Part shown: piece after piece, positions 10,103 through 19,959 of the stretch | How the letters are laid out: each line of letters starts with the position of its first letter | Numbering within the stretch: position 1 is the first letter of the stretch | Assembly (NCBI GenBank): GCA_963720265.1 | Contig: CAVRET010000002.1 | Coordinates: 328,704-392,703 of the forward strand | Direction: 5' to 3' | DNA from: an uncultured bacterium | GTDB lineage: Bacteria > Patescibacteriota > Saccharimonadia > UBA4664 | Length of the DNA stretch: 64,000 nucleotides | Notes under the pieces: generated by a model | Seen by the model: only the letters and a program-made list of their open reading frames with translations | Database searches by the model: none | What the model was told of the DNA's origin: nothing | Position numbers and translations under genes: made by a program

Positions 10103-11206
10103 GAGCCAAAATCCAGCCCACATTGCTATACTAGCGCTCGTCACCAGCCGGCGTGCCCAGCCGTTAAGGGCCCGCGCCGCAGCGATGTAAAGTGGGAACA
10201 ATACCATCACATACCGGTCCATACTACCCACCGTCCCCGAAGCCAGCGGTACTGCCACGCCCAAGCCTACGTAGAGTGCAAACCAATACTCGCGTTGCCG
10301 TACAAGCAGCCAAACCCCAGCCACACCCGCGAGCGTAGCCGCATACCACACCACAAAAGCGTTGAGACGCGTTAATACCCATATATGGTGCCGCAAGTTA
10401 AACAAATACTGGTGCCAGCTTGCCCGCAACTCGCTCACAAGGTGCGGCGGCCCCAGGCGGCCCCAGTAGCGTTGTACGTGCGCAAACGCCAGCGAGTCGT
10501 GATTATAAGCCTGCAGAAAGGCCATAAACGCCGCCAGTCCACCCAGGCTCACAATCCCGAGTCCAGCCGCCGTTAAAACCGTCTGCCATCGGTGCCCCGC
10601 CGGGTCCTGCCGATGCGCCCACAGCCACTGGGCCACCACAATCAGCCCCAGGCTGATACCCACCGGCCGTGTGGCTCCGGCGAGCGATGCTATCACTGCC
10701 GCCGACCACCACATCCGCCGTGCGAGCAGCCAAAACACCGCCACCGATAACAACAAAAACAACGACTCAGTGTACGCCAGGCCAAAGAACAGTCCAAACG
10801 GGTTGAACGCCAACAGCACCGTTGCCCATCTTGCCGCTGACGCGTCGTATCGCCGCCTCACGAGGTCGTAAAACAGCACCAGCGCGCCGCCGAAGCTTGC
10901 GAGCGAAACCCCCACCCCGGCCGCCAATGTCGACGCCGGCACAACCCGCCGCACCAACGCGACGATCACCGGATACAAGGGAAAGAACACCACATTCGTC
11001 TGCTTATGAGCGGCTCCGAGTGTATAACCCTGGTTTGCGATAGTTTCGTACCAACCGCCGTCCCAGCGTTGAAACGTATGTTCAAGCGGCCACACCGCGC
11101 CAAACCAGTGTTGCGCTAGTCCAAACAGCACAGCCGTGGCCGCAATCCACACGCACCACACCATTAGCGGAAATCGTACATCAAGAGTGTGCTTACGCTC
11201 CGCCAT
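10070..11206 (-). CDS. PIG-V-like (GT-C) mannosyltransferase, paralog 2
   Basis: RWDGGWY, VFFPLYP, YTESLFLLL, SMDRYVMVLFP. Confidence 0.85.
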   Translation of the reverse strand: MAERKHTLDVRFPLMVWCVWIAATAVLFGLAQHWFGAVWPLEHTFQRWDGGWYETIANQGYTLGAAHKQTNVVFFPLYPVIVALVRRVVPASTLAAGVGVSLASFGGALVLFYDLVRRRYDASAARWATVLLAFNPFGLFFGLAYTESLFLLLSVAVFWLLARRMWWSAAVIASLAGATRPVGISLGLIVVAQWLWAHRQDPAGHRWQTVLTAAGLGIVSLGGLAAFMAFLQAYNHDSLAFAHVQRYWGRLGPPHLVSELRASWHQYLFNLRHHIWVLTRLNAFVVWYAATLAGVAGVWLLVRQREYWFALYVGLGVAVPLASGTVGSMDRYVMVLFPLYIAAARALNGWARRLVTSASIAMWAGFWLLYLGQRMFFG

Positions 11207-11207
11207 C

Positions 11208-12356
11208 TTAGCCGAAAAATAGTTGCCGCGGGTCCAAATAAATCAGCCAGAATACCGCAAACGTGCATACACTGGCCATCAGTGCCAGCCGCCGCTCCCA
11301 GCGTAGCTGCAGCGCCCGCGCCACTGCGACATAAAGGGGAAATAACACCATCACATACCGGTCCATGCCCTCAATGCTGCCCGACGCCAGCGGTATGGCT
11401 AGCCCTAGTAGCACGTATGCCGCGTACCAATACTCACGCTGCCACACCAGCAACGCACCGCCGGCCACACCGGCCACGATCGCGCCGTACCAGACCACGT
11501 CAGAAAATAATATTGGATGGGGAATAGTATGATGCCGTACCCCTTCAGCAAAGCCCCACAGTGCCGGCCACAAGTTTGACACCCCGACCCGACCCCAATA
11601 CACCTGCACATGCACAAATGCCAGCGCATCATGATTATGGACCTGTAAATACGCCGCAAACAGTGCCAGCCCGCCGGTACTCACAAGCCCTAGCGCTACC
11701 GCCTGCAGCGCCACAGACGTCATCCGCCGGGCCGGCCGCCGCAGTGCGGCCCGGTTCTGCCACAGCCATCCCGCCACCACAAATAGTGCCAAAATCACTC
11801 CCTGCGGCCGGCTCCCAGCGGCTATCCCTGCCACCACCGCCGCCCACCAAAAACCGCGCCGTGCGAGCAACCAAAACACCGCCACCGACAGTAACAGATA
11901 CAAACTTTCGGTGTAGGCAAAAGCAAAAAACAGCCCAAACGGATTGAACGCCAACAACAGCGTTGCCCACTGGGCTGTGTGCTCATCATATTGGCGCCGT
12001 ACCAGGTCATAAAATAATAACAGCGCGCCCCCAAAGCACATCACCGACACACTCACTGCTGCCGCAACCATTGGTATAAACAGTCCGTGCTGCAGCACCG
12101 AAACCAGGAGCGGGTAGAGCGGGAAGAATGCGATGTTGGTCTGTCCATGAATGCTTCCACCGGCGTAGCCGTACTGAACTACCGAGAGATACCACGCTCC
12201 GTCCCAGCGCGTAAATTCAGCGGCCGGCGACCAGATTCCCCCGTGCACCCACTGGGCTAAGCCAAACAAGCCGGCCGTAACCAGTATCCACACCAACCAA
12301 ACCCCCAACCCAAACCGTACCTGGTCGAAGCGCCGAATCCAGTGCATTCCGGTCAT
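11208..12356 (-). CDS. PIG-V-like (GT-C) mannosyltransferase, paralog 1
   Basis: RWDGAWY, AFFPLYP, YTESLYLLL, GMDRYVMVLFP. Confidence 0.85.
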   Translation of the reverse strand: MTGMHWIRRFDQVRFGLGVWLVWILVTAGLFGLAQWVHGGIWSPAAEFTRWDGAWYLSVVQYGYAGGSIHGQTNIAFFPLYPLLVSVLQHGLFIPMVAAAVSVSVMCFGGALLLFYDLVRRQYDEHTAQWATLLLAFNPFGLFFAFAYTESLYLLLSVAVFWLLARRGFWWAAVVAGIAAGSRPQGVILALFVVAGWLWQNRAALRRPARRMTSVALQAVALGLVSTGGLALFAAYLQVHNHDALAFVHVQVYWGRVGVSNLWPALWGFAEGVRHHTIPHPILFSDVVWYGAIVAGVAGGALLVWQREYWYAAYVLLGLAIPLASGSIEGMDRYVMVLFPLYVAVARALQLRWERRLALMASVCTFAVFWLIYLDPRQLFFG

Positions 12357-12367
12357 GGCCGATTTGC

Positions 12368-14398
12368 CTATGGCACTACCGTCATATAGAAGTTAAGTCC
12401 CGGATCGTCCATCCAGGCGGCTCCTTCCGCGAGCAAATCAAAGTATTCAACATAAGTCCCGGTCTTTGACGGTGCATCCATCCACCAGCCAAAGGTACCA
12501 ACCTGTCCCGGCGCCACACTCGCTTCCTGCATCAGGGCTGGCCGGTTTTGGCCCAACCAGGAATTATCAAAGAACGCACTCATACGGTCGAGCGGGTGGC
12601 TGGTACCAACATGAATCGGGTTGGGGCCGGTGTTCGTCCAAGTCATGTTGCCGGTGTTCTTAGCCGTAAACCCGATCCACACTTTGTTACCGGGGTGCAT
12701 ACCAACCGTACTAGCGCCCGTTGTCATCGTTTGGTCGGTATAGGCAAACTGGCTCACCGGCTGCCAGCTATAAACCGGCGTCTGTACCGACATATAAAAG
12801 TTCAGTCCCGGGTCATTCATCCAAGCCGCACCCTCAGCTAACAGGCTAAAGTGTTCCAAATAGGTGCCCGGCCGTTGTGCGTCAATCCAAAATTCAAAGG
12901 TCCCAACCTGTCCCGGTGCCACACTGGCTTCCTGCATACCCGCCGGCCGGTTGGGCCCTAGCCACGATGGGTCGTAAATCAGGCTGCCCCGGTCTGTCGG
13001 ATCCGATGTGCCGACATGGATCGGATTTGGTCCACTGTTTTTCCATGTTATGTTACCGGTATTCTTAGCGGTAAACCCAACCCACACGCGGTCGCCGGGC
13101 AAAAGGCCGGTCGTACCCTTACCCGTTGTCATGCTCTGGTCCGTATAGGCGAATTGTCCCATCGGCTGCCAGCTATACACCGGCGCCACCACCGTTGAGT
13201 AGAATGTCAGGCCTTGGTCCGAGAACCACGCCACACCGCTCTCAAGCAGATCAAAATGCTCAGGATACGTTCCCGGCGTCGACGGCGCCTTCATCCAAAA
13301 CTCAAACGTCCCGGTTTGTCCCGGCGCTACACTGGCCTGCTGCAGCGTGGCCGGACGGTTACAACCGTTGCCCCAGTTATCGCAAAACGCGCTCATTCGG
13401 TCTTCGGGGTCCCAAGTCCCCAGCTCAACGGCATTGGGTCCAGAATTAGTCCAGGTGGTGTTGCCGGTGTTGAGCGCAGTTAGGCCCACGTACACTTCCT
13501 GGCCCGGCAGCAAGCCGGTCGTACCCATGCCGGTCGTCTTGGTGGCGTCGGTGTAAGCGTATTGGCCTGTCACTTGCCAGGCATAGCGCGGCACCATGGT
13601 CGAGCCAAACCACTGCTCAAAAATTCCCGGGAACGACTGGTTAAGGTGCGGCGTGTACGAGTACAGCGAAGCGGTCGAGCCGTTAGCGAGCTGAATGGTT
13701 TGGCCGTCAATCGTAGCCGAGCCGTCAAACACCGTCGGTGGACAGGTAGTTGCATTATCACAGCGTTGATAGGTGCCGGCTGTCATATAGCCTACGTACT
13801 GAATGTCCCCGTCCCCGTCCCAGGCCAAGTTGCCCTCAGACCGCTCCTGGCCAAATTCCAGTTGCCACGACCCCCACAACACCTGCTTGGTAAAGCCGGC
13901 GTACGTCGAGCTACAGCCGCCCGAATCCGGACAGTCATAGCCCATGGCCGATTGGTACCGCCAGCCGTCGCATGATGTCCCACTCACCAGGCTCTCTTCC
14001 TTTTCCAGGGTCGAAATGATTACTTCCGGGTTAATTCCCCACATTTGCGCCGCTTGGTAAATCGCCGCCGCCGCCGAAATATTGGCCGTGCCCCAATCTG
14101 TGTTCCAGTTCGAGTCTGTGCCGTAATGCCAGGTCGACCCGTCCCAGTAGAAATTCGGGGTCTGGTAGGACGTGAGGCATGGCGAGCCGCCGCTAAGCGT
14201 TGTATACGGCCCGGGTTGTCCGGCAAAAAACGATTGAATCTGCGCCCCGTTCAGGGTGCCCACTTTATTAAAGGTCACATCGTCCATCATGTCCGAGTTG
14301 GAATAATCAGTGGTAGCTTGAGCGGCTTGGTGCAGGCCGCCCACGAGCACAAACCCCAAGCCAAGCATCATGAGTCCAAGATATCGTCGCAGATTCAT
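12368..14398 (-). CDS. Secreted protein: putative lysozyme-like cell-wall hydrolase domain plus three NBR1-type Ig-like repeats
   Basis: Signal peptide; GINPEVIISTLEKEESL...AMGYDCPD domain; three ~135-aa repeats (NTGNxTW...VAPGQxGTFxFW...PGTYxEHF). Confidence 0.7.
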   Translation of the reverse strand: MNLRRYLGLMMLGLGFVLVGGLHQAAQATTDYSNSDMMDDVTFNKVGTLNGAQIQSFFAGQPGPYTTLSGGSPCLTSYQTPNFYWDGSTWHYGTDSNWNTDWGTANISAAAAIYQAAQMWGINPEVIISTLEKEESLVSGTSCDGWRYQSAMGYDCPDSGGCSSTYAGFTKQVLWGSWQLEFGQERSEGNLAWDGDGDIQYVGYMTAGTYQRCDNATTCPPTVFDGSATIDGQTIQLANGSTASLYSYTPHLNQSFPGIFEQWFGSTMVPRYAWQVTGQYAYTDATKTTGMGTTGLLPGQEVYVGLTALNTGNTTWTNSGPNAVELGTWDPEDRMSAFCDNWGNGCNRPATLQQASVAPGQTGTFEFWMKAPSTPGTYPEHFDLLESGVAWFSDQGLTFYSTVVAPVYSWQPMGQFAYTDQSMTTGKGTTGLLPGDRVWVGFTAKNTGNITWKNSGPNPIHVGTSDPTDRGSLIYDPSWLGPNRPAGMQEASVAPGQVGTFEFWIDAQRPGTYLEHFSLLAEGAAWMNDPGLNFYMSVQTPVYSWQPVSQFAYTDQTMTTGASTVGMHPGNKVWIGFTAKNTGNMTWTNTGPNPIHVGTSHPLDRMSAFFDNSWLGQNRPALMQEASVAPGQVGTFGWWMDAPSKTGTYVEYFDLLAEGAAWMDDPGLNFYMTVVP

Positions 14399-14401
14399 AG
14401 A

Positions 14402-14980
14402 TTAATTCGTCACCGTTAATGGTTGCGGATTACTGTATGCGGTCTGACCATTGAGTATGGCCACGGCCTCAACTTGCCACGTACCAACGGTCAATTGATT
14501 GGCATTCCAATTCAAAATGACGCCGTCCGCGCCACTGTTAGGAACGGTTTCGCTTGTGCTCACCTTCTTAACTGTACCATTCATCGACACCTGAATATAG
14601 CACGAAGCGCCTGGCACCGCTTGGCACGTCGATTCCATACCCGTAGCACCGCTCAAGCTCACACTGCTAACGTTGAGCAAGTCGCCGGTCGGTGCCACCA
14701 AACTACCACTACTCGCCGGATGGCTTGGATTTGAAATTGTGGTCGGCGAAGCCGTAGGCGTCGCCCCGGCCGCTTCCGGTCCAGCCGGTGCCGACCCGGT
14801 CTTGGCCGGCCCCTGCACCGTTGGCGTCGGTGACACACTGGGCTTCACCGTCAAATTGATGGCCTTATTATGGCGCATCACAAACAGTGTGCCGGCTACC
14901 AAAAACACCACCGCGACCACAAGCATAACGAGAATCGAGGTCTTACGCTTAGCTGAGCTGCGGCGAGATCGCGGCATCAA
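14402..14980 (-). CDS. Membrane-anchored hypothetical protein with Pro/Ser/Thr linker and Ig-like C-terminal domain
   Basis: Basic N-terminus, one TM helix, low-complexity linker, beta-rich C-terminus; co-oriented with 12368-14398. Confidence 0.65.
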   Translation of the reverse strand: MMPRSRRSSAKRKTSILVMLVVAVVFLVAGTLFVMRHNKAINLTVKPSVSPTPTVQGPAKTGSAPAGPEAAGATPTASPTTISNPSHPASSGSLVAPTGDLLNVSSVSLSGATGMESTCQAVPGASCYIQVSMNGTVKKVSTSETVPNSGADGVILNWNANQLTVGTWQVEAVAILNGQTAYSNPQPLTVTN

Positions 14981-15044
14981 TTGCTACCCTTATCTAATGC
15001 TATCTTAACACAAGCTCATTCCAAGACCTGTTACAATAACCACT

Positions 15045-16124
15045 ATGAAAATCATCGTCACAGCCGGTGGCCAAGGCACTAAGCTTTGGCCTTACTCCCG
15101 CGAAACCAAACCCAAACAATTCCAGCCCGTCTTAAATGGAAAGTCTCTGCTCACCTACAATATCGAAACCTTGCTTGAGCGTCACAGTCCGGAAGACATT
15201 TTCATTTCCACCAAGCGCAAATTCATTAAGTATGTCTCCGACCAAGCACCGCAAATCCCGCTGCGCAACTATATCGTCGAGCCGGATATAAAAAAAGACC
15301 GCGGCCCTGGCGAAGGTCTAGCCTTCCTACACATGAGCATGCGTTATCCCGATGAGCCGTTCTTCCTCGTTCAGGCTGACGACATCCGCCGTCCCGAGTC
15401 CGAATTCCTGCAAATGATCGAGGACGCGGTAAAGCTCGTTGAGCGCGACAAAAAGTACATCACCGGCGGCATCAAGGCCACTGAGCCCGACATGGGCGTC
15501 GACCATATCAAGCTCGGCGACAAGGTGCAGCACGAGTCCAACCAGGAAATCTACGAAGTCGATGAATTTCTGGGCCGCAAAACCAGCTACAAAGAAACCA
15601 AAGAATTGATCGAAAACTTTCACGTTGTCACCCACTGCAACCATGCCTGCTGGTATCCTGATCCGATGCTCGACGCCTACAAGCAATACCGCCCTGATTG
15701 GCACAAGGCGCTCATACAAATGCGCGATGTCATTGGCAAACCCGGCGAAGACGCCGAAATTGAGCGCCTCTACAACGGCATGGAGGCTGGTCCCACCGAG
15801 GAAGTCACGCGCCACGTCATGAAATCCGGACGCATCATCCTCACCAAGTTCAAATGGATCGACATAGGCACCTGGGGTACCGTATATGAGTTTTTTGCCA
15901 ACGGCTCCAGCAACTACATTGACGGCCGGGTGGTAACGGTTGATACCTCTGGCTCAATCATCCGCAGCTCCAATCCCAGTAAGCTCATGGCCGTCGCCGG
16001 GGTTGAGGATCTCGTGGTCGTGGATACCGACGACGCCCTGCTCATCGTGCCGAAGAATAAGATTGAGAAAATCAAAGACATTCAAAAGGCGCTTGCGGGA
16101 GACGATAACCGCCGCTATCTCTAA
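15045..16124 (+). CDS. manC: Mannose-1-phosphate guanylyltransferase
   Basis: AGGQGTKLWPYSR..KPKQF, WIDIGTW, VVVDTDDALLI. Confidence 0.88.
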   Translation: MKIIVTAGGQGTKLWPYSRETKPKQFQPVLNGKSLLTYNIETLLERHSPEDIFISTKRKFIKYVSDQAPQIPLRNYIVEPDIKKDRGPGEGLAFLHMSMRYPDEPFFLVQADDIRRPESEFLQMIEDAVKLVERDKKYITGGIKATEPDMGVDHIKLGDKVQHESNQEIYEVDEFLGRKTSYKETKELIENFHVVTHCNHACWYPDPMLDAYKQYRPDWHKALIQMRDVIGKPGEDAEIERLYNGMEAGPTEEVTRHVMKSGRIILTKFKWIDIGTWGTVYEFFANGSSNYIDGRVVTVDTSGSIIRSSNPSKLMAVAGVEDLVVVDTDDALLIVPKNKIEKIKDIQKALAGDDNRRYL

Positions 16125-16183
16125 GGCCCGCTGGTTCTCAGCCTTCCCACGTTGAACGTGAATTGTGACATAATAAAAAACAC

Positions 16184-18259
16184 ATGGCCAAAGCTCAAGC
16201 AATACCAGTGACCGACCTTGCCGGCCCGGCGCCGTTACGCGCTGGCCGGCCCAAGCGTGCCAAGGCCGTTGCCCAAACCACGGCCGTAGCTGTGCCGGTC
16301 ACAACTGCCGTAGCTAGGAAACCGGCCAAGGTACCGAAAGCATCGGCAACAAATGCCGCCACCGGATCCGCTGCGACCAAATCCCGATCTCCCAAAGCAA
16401 CGACTGCGGGCAAACTACCCAGATTAACCAAACCGTCAACCGCACCGTCGCAAGTCCCGGCCTCCGAAGCAGCGGTCGCCGCAACCGTGCAGGCCCATGC
16501 CGCCGCCCACCGTTGGTCGGCCGCGCTCTATGTCGCGATTGCACTGGTGGTGCTCGTTGTGCTCGCCGGCGTCACATATGAGGTTGCCTACAGTGGCAAA
16601 ATTCTACCCGGTGTAACTGCTGACGGCGTGCACGTTGGAGGCTTAAGCCAATCGGCAGCCGCCGCCCGCATCTCAGCGCAGGCGCAGGCCTTCAGCGATC
16701 AAACCATCACGATTGCCTATGGCAACACCTTGCTCCATATCCCGGTAAGCGGCCTCGCGCCGCAATATGATGCCGCCCACATTGCATCACTTGCCGCCGG
16801 CTACGGCCGCGGCGGCGATCTGACGGCCCGCTTCCACCAGCAGCTGCGCGCAATTTTTGGGCGGCCCACAGTGGTTTTGACCGCCGGCTTCGATGATTCC
16901 CGGCTCGCACCCTATCTCATGCAATTCGACGCCGCAGTCAGTACCCCGGTTCAAAACGCAACGCTTAGCTTCGACGGCGACCATGCGGTTGTAACGCCCT
17001 CGGCCACCGGCACCCGGCTTGATATCGGCGAACTGGCCGATGATGTTGAGAACCGCCTTGATGCCACTTCGACAACCACCATCCAAGCGCCGGTCTATCA
17101 GCTCGATCCTGATCTCACCACCGCGGCCGTGCAAGCAGTTGCCCGCGATGCTGACAGCTATCTCGAAGGCCCACTCACGCTGTCGTATTCCGGCAGCACC
17201 CGCACAGTTGATCAGCCCACACTCGTGACGTGGCTGCAAGTTTCGCCCGGTGCGTCTAATACCTTCCTGTCTGATCTCGACGTCGCAGGCATCAACCCAC
17301 CACCCGCTCTTGCCACACTCAGTCTCAATCATGACGCCATTACCAACTACGTCGCGACCCTCGCCGGGCAGATCGACCAGCCGGCCAAGAATGCCCAGCT
17401 CGCCATGCAAAACAACCAACTCGCGGTCACAGCGCCAAGCCAAAATGGTCTTACACTTGACCAAAACGCCGCCGTTACGGCTATTACAGCGAGCCTCACC
17501 AAGCCTGCTGCTGACCGCACCGTGAGCCTTAATCTTGCTTCCACACCGGCCGCGGTCAACGAAAATAACCTGGCCTCGCTCGGCATTACCCAGCTGCTTT
17601 CACAGGGGGTCACTAATGACTACCCGTCTCCGGCCGGCCGACTCAAAAATATCGAACTGGGCGCGGCCCGCTTTAACAATGCCCTGCTCAGTCCCGGGCA
17701 ACAGTTTTCATTCGGCCAGATTCTTGGCCCCGCTACGCCTGCTCAGGGTTATGAGGAGGGTTGGGTTATCCTCGGTAACAAGGAAGTGGAAGAGCCGGGT
17801 GGGGGGCTGTGTCAGTTAGTGACGACAGCCTTTAGAGCTGCGCTCTTGGCCGGTCTGCCCATCAATGAGCGGCAGAACCACGCCTTCACCATTCCCTACT
17901 ACACCTGGCCCTATGGTATACCGGGTGTCGATGCCACGATTTACTACCCCGAGCTTGACCTGAAATTTACCAACAACACCGGTCACTGGATCCTTATCCA
18001 AACCAACGTCAATACGAGCAATAATACGGTTACCTATAGCTTCTACGGCACCAAAACTAAGGTGGGGGTCATCCAGGGGCCTTATTATGTTACTTCGACC
18101 GGAGCCTTATCCAGCAACCCGAATTATGCGAATGCGAACGAAGCCTCACACACTGTCTTCTACCGTCAAATCCAGAACCTGAGCGGCCAGGTTTTGGAGA
18201 CAGATACGTTCAACTCGTATTATCAGCCGGAGAGCGATTATCCGCCGGAATCCGACTAG
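16184..18259 (+). CDS. VanW-family protein with peptidoglycan-binding (PG_binding_4) repeats
   Basis: Ala/Lys-rich N-terminus, TM helix, KILPGV, GGGLCQLVTT, ERQNH, DATIY, DLKFTNNT. Confidence 0.88.
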   Translation: MAKAQAIPVTDLAGPAPLRAGRPKRAKAVAQTTAVAVPVTTAVARKPAKVPKASATNAATGSAATKSRSPKATTAGKLPRLTKPSTAPSQVPASEAAVAATVQAHAAAHRWSAALYVAIALVVLVVLAGVTYEVAYSGKILPGVTADGVHVGGLSQSAAAARISAQAQAFSDQTITIAYGNTLLHIPVSGLAPQYDAAHIASLAAGYGRGGDLTARFHQQLRAIFGRPTVVLTAGFDDSRLAPYLMQFDAAVSTPVQNATLSFDGDHAVVTPSATGTRLDIGELADDVENRLDATSTTTIQAPVYQLDPDLTTAAVQAVARDADSYLEGPLTLSYSGSTRTVDQPTLVTWLQVSPGASNTFLSDLDVAGINPPPALATLSLNHDAITNYVATLAGQIDQPAKNAQLAMQNNQLAVTAPSQNGLTLDQNAAVTAITASLTKPAADRTVSLNLASTPAAVNENNLASLGITQLLSQGVTNDYPSPAGRLKNIELGAARFNNALLSPGQQFSFGQILGPATPAQGYEEGWVILGNKEVEEPGGGLCQLVTTAFRAALLAGLPINERQNHAFTIPYYTWPYGIPGVDATIYYPELDLKFTNNTGHWILIQTNVNTSNNTVTYSFYGTKTKVGVIQGPYYVTSTGALSSNPNYANANEASHTVFYRQIQNLSGQVLETDTFNSYYQPESDYPPESD

Positions 18260-18293
18260 TCAAAAAAATTGTCACCTCAGCATGCAGCACCTC

Positions 18294-18323
18294 TTGACGA
18301 CTTCGGCTTTTGTTCGATAGAAT
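18294..18323 (+). promoter_or_regulatory. lexA promoter with candidate LexA operator between -35 and -10
   Basis: TTGACG (18294) ... TAGAAT (18318); direct repeat TTCGG-N6-TTCGA (18302-18317) lies in the spacer. Confidence 0.6.
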
Positions 18324-18351
18324 AAAAACCAAATAGTAAGGAGGGGATATC

Positions 18352-18969
18352 ATGGCCGAACCATTAACCAAGCGCCAAAAAGAAGTACTCGATTACGTCA
18401 CGCAATTCATCGAGGTGCATGGCTACGCACCGAGCTACCGCGAAATTGCTGCCTACTTTAAATACGGCTCCGTCGCTACCGTGGCCGAGCACATTGAATC
18501 GCTCGTGGCCAAGGGCATGTTGCGCAAAGGCGACAACGAAGCCCGCTCGATCCAGCTCGTCGAAGCTAGAGTTGAGCCCGATCCAACCTTCCAGCTGCCG
18601 ATTCTGGGGCTCGTGGCCGCCGGCCAGCCGATCGAAACCCTCGGCCGCCACAATGAAACGCTCGAGGTCCCAGCTTTCATGGTCGGCCGCAAAAACTCGT
18701 ACGTCTTACAGGTTAAGGGCGACTCCATGATCGACGAAGGCATTCACACCGGCGATTACGTCGTGGTTACTGAAAAGCCAGTACCATCAAACGGCGAAAT
18801 GGTGATTGCGCTCATCAACGGCGGCGAGGCCACGCTCAAGCGCTACTACAAAGAGGCCGACCACATCCGCTTGCAGCCTTCGAATTCCGCCATGGAGCCG
18901 ATCATTATAAAGCCTGGCACCCCCATCGAAATTCAAGGCACGGTCATCGGTTTAATCCGGAAGTATTAA
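18352..18969 (+). CDS. lexA: SOS repressor LexA
   Basis: LTKRQ..., GYAPSYREI wHTH, Ala-Gly cleavage site (VAAGQP), GDSM catalytic Ser, ATLKR catalytic Lys. Confidence 0.95.
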   Translation: MAEPLTKRQKEVLDYVTQFIEVHGYAPSYREIAAYFKYGSVATVAEHIESLVAKGMLRKGDNEARSIQLVEARVEPDPTFQLPILGLVAAGQPIETLGRHNETLEVPAFMVGRKNSYVLQVKGDSMIDEGIHTGDYVVVTEKPVPSNGEMVIALINGGEATLKRYYKEADHIRLQPSNSAMEPIIIKPGTPIEIQGTVIGLIRKY

Positions 18970-18978
18970 GCACCGCCA

Positions 18979-19176
18979 ATGACCAACGAGTTTACGTATC
19001 TTGAGTGCCGCCTCTACGTCCCGGCGCACGGACTAATGGCCGCCAAACTGCGGGGCCAATCCAGCCCGCGCCGGCTCGTCAAGTTGCTGCCGCTCAGCTA
19101 TGACGAGCTTATCGACCCCAAGTTTCGGCGGCTACTAGCAACATTTGAGACCGTCCGGCGGCCACACGGGGCGTAA
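18979..19176 (+). CDS. Small hypothetical protein downstream of lexA
   Basis: 65-aa ORF filling the gap 9 nt after the lexA stop. Confidence 0.45.
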   Translation: MTNEFTYLECRLYVPAHGLMAAKLRGQSSPRRLVKLLPLSYDELIDPKFRRLLATFETVRRPHGA

Positions 19177-19195
19177 GCCCAGGTATACTAAGGCC

Positions 19196-19939
19196 ATGTA
19201 TACATCGCCACTACTAGGGCAACAATCCAGCTTGGTCCACGGTTTTTCAGACATCAAAGAGGGGAATATGGCCTACCGTTTTGGCACTCATGATGAAGTT
19301 GAGGCCAATCGTAAAGCCTTTCTGAAGCAGCTCGGTCTAGAACTCGGCCAATGTGTGGCCCAGATCGGCCTGGTCGACGGTATTCATATTGCTACTGGAG
19401 GCGATGTCGGCCGCGGCATGCACGATCACGAAAACAGTATCCGTACCAATGCTCTCATCACTAATCAAACCGGCGTCGGCCTGTTCCTCACCATTGCCGA
19501 CTGCATTCCCATCATTCTGTATGACCCGGTAAAACATGTGGTGGCGCTCATTCATGCTGCCCGCGAAAGCACCAATCTGCTCCTGCCGACCAAGGTCGTC
19601 GCGAGGCTCGTATCCGAATTTGGTTGCGATCCAGCGGGTTTGCTCGCGGCTCTCGGCCCAGCCGTACGCGCCGAGTCATATATCTATGACCGCAACATTT
19701 ATGATCTCGTCACCCCAGCCTGGAAGCCTTACCTGAACGAGCTTGACCCTGACCATATCGAGGTCGACAACATCGGCTACGCTAAAGCCCAGCTTGTCGC
19801 ATCCGGGCTGCTAAAAACCAACATTAGCGACTCCGGTATCGACACCGGCAAAAGTGACGCCAACTTTTTCTCTCATGTTCGTTCGATCCACACCGGCGCA
19901 CCCGAAGGTCGACTAGCGGCCGTTGTTGCTCTGCGCTAG
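19196..19939 (+). CDS. pgeF: YfiH/PgeF-family protein (laccase-domain / purine nucleoside phosphorylase)
   Basis: ALITNQ, ADCIPIILYD, LIHAA, LGPA, FFSHVR...EGR; ATG 19196 follows a TATACT -10 box. Confidence 0.8.
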   Translation: MYTSPLLGQQSSLVHGFSDIKEGNMAYRFGTHDEVEANRKAFLKQLGLELGQCVAQIGLVDGIHIATGGDVGRGMHDHENSIRTNALITNQTGVGLFLTIADCIPIILYDPVKHVVALIHAARESTNLLLPTKVVARLVSEFGCDPAGLLAALGPAVRAESYIYDRNIYDLVTPAWKPYLNELDPDHIEVDNIGYAKAQLVASGLLKTNISDSGIDTGKSDANFFSHVRSIHTGAPEGRLAAVVALR

Positions 19940-19959
19940 CATAAATACAAGCCGTCCGG

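Noticed and set aside
12368-13600. Three ~405-bp repeats as a mobile or non-coding repeat
   Set aside because: They are in-frame Ig-like domain duplications within one CDS
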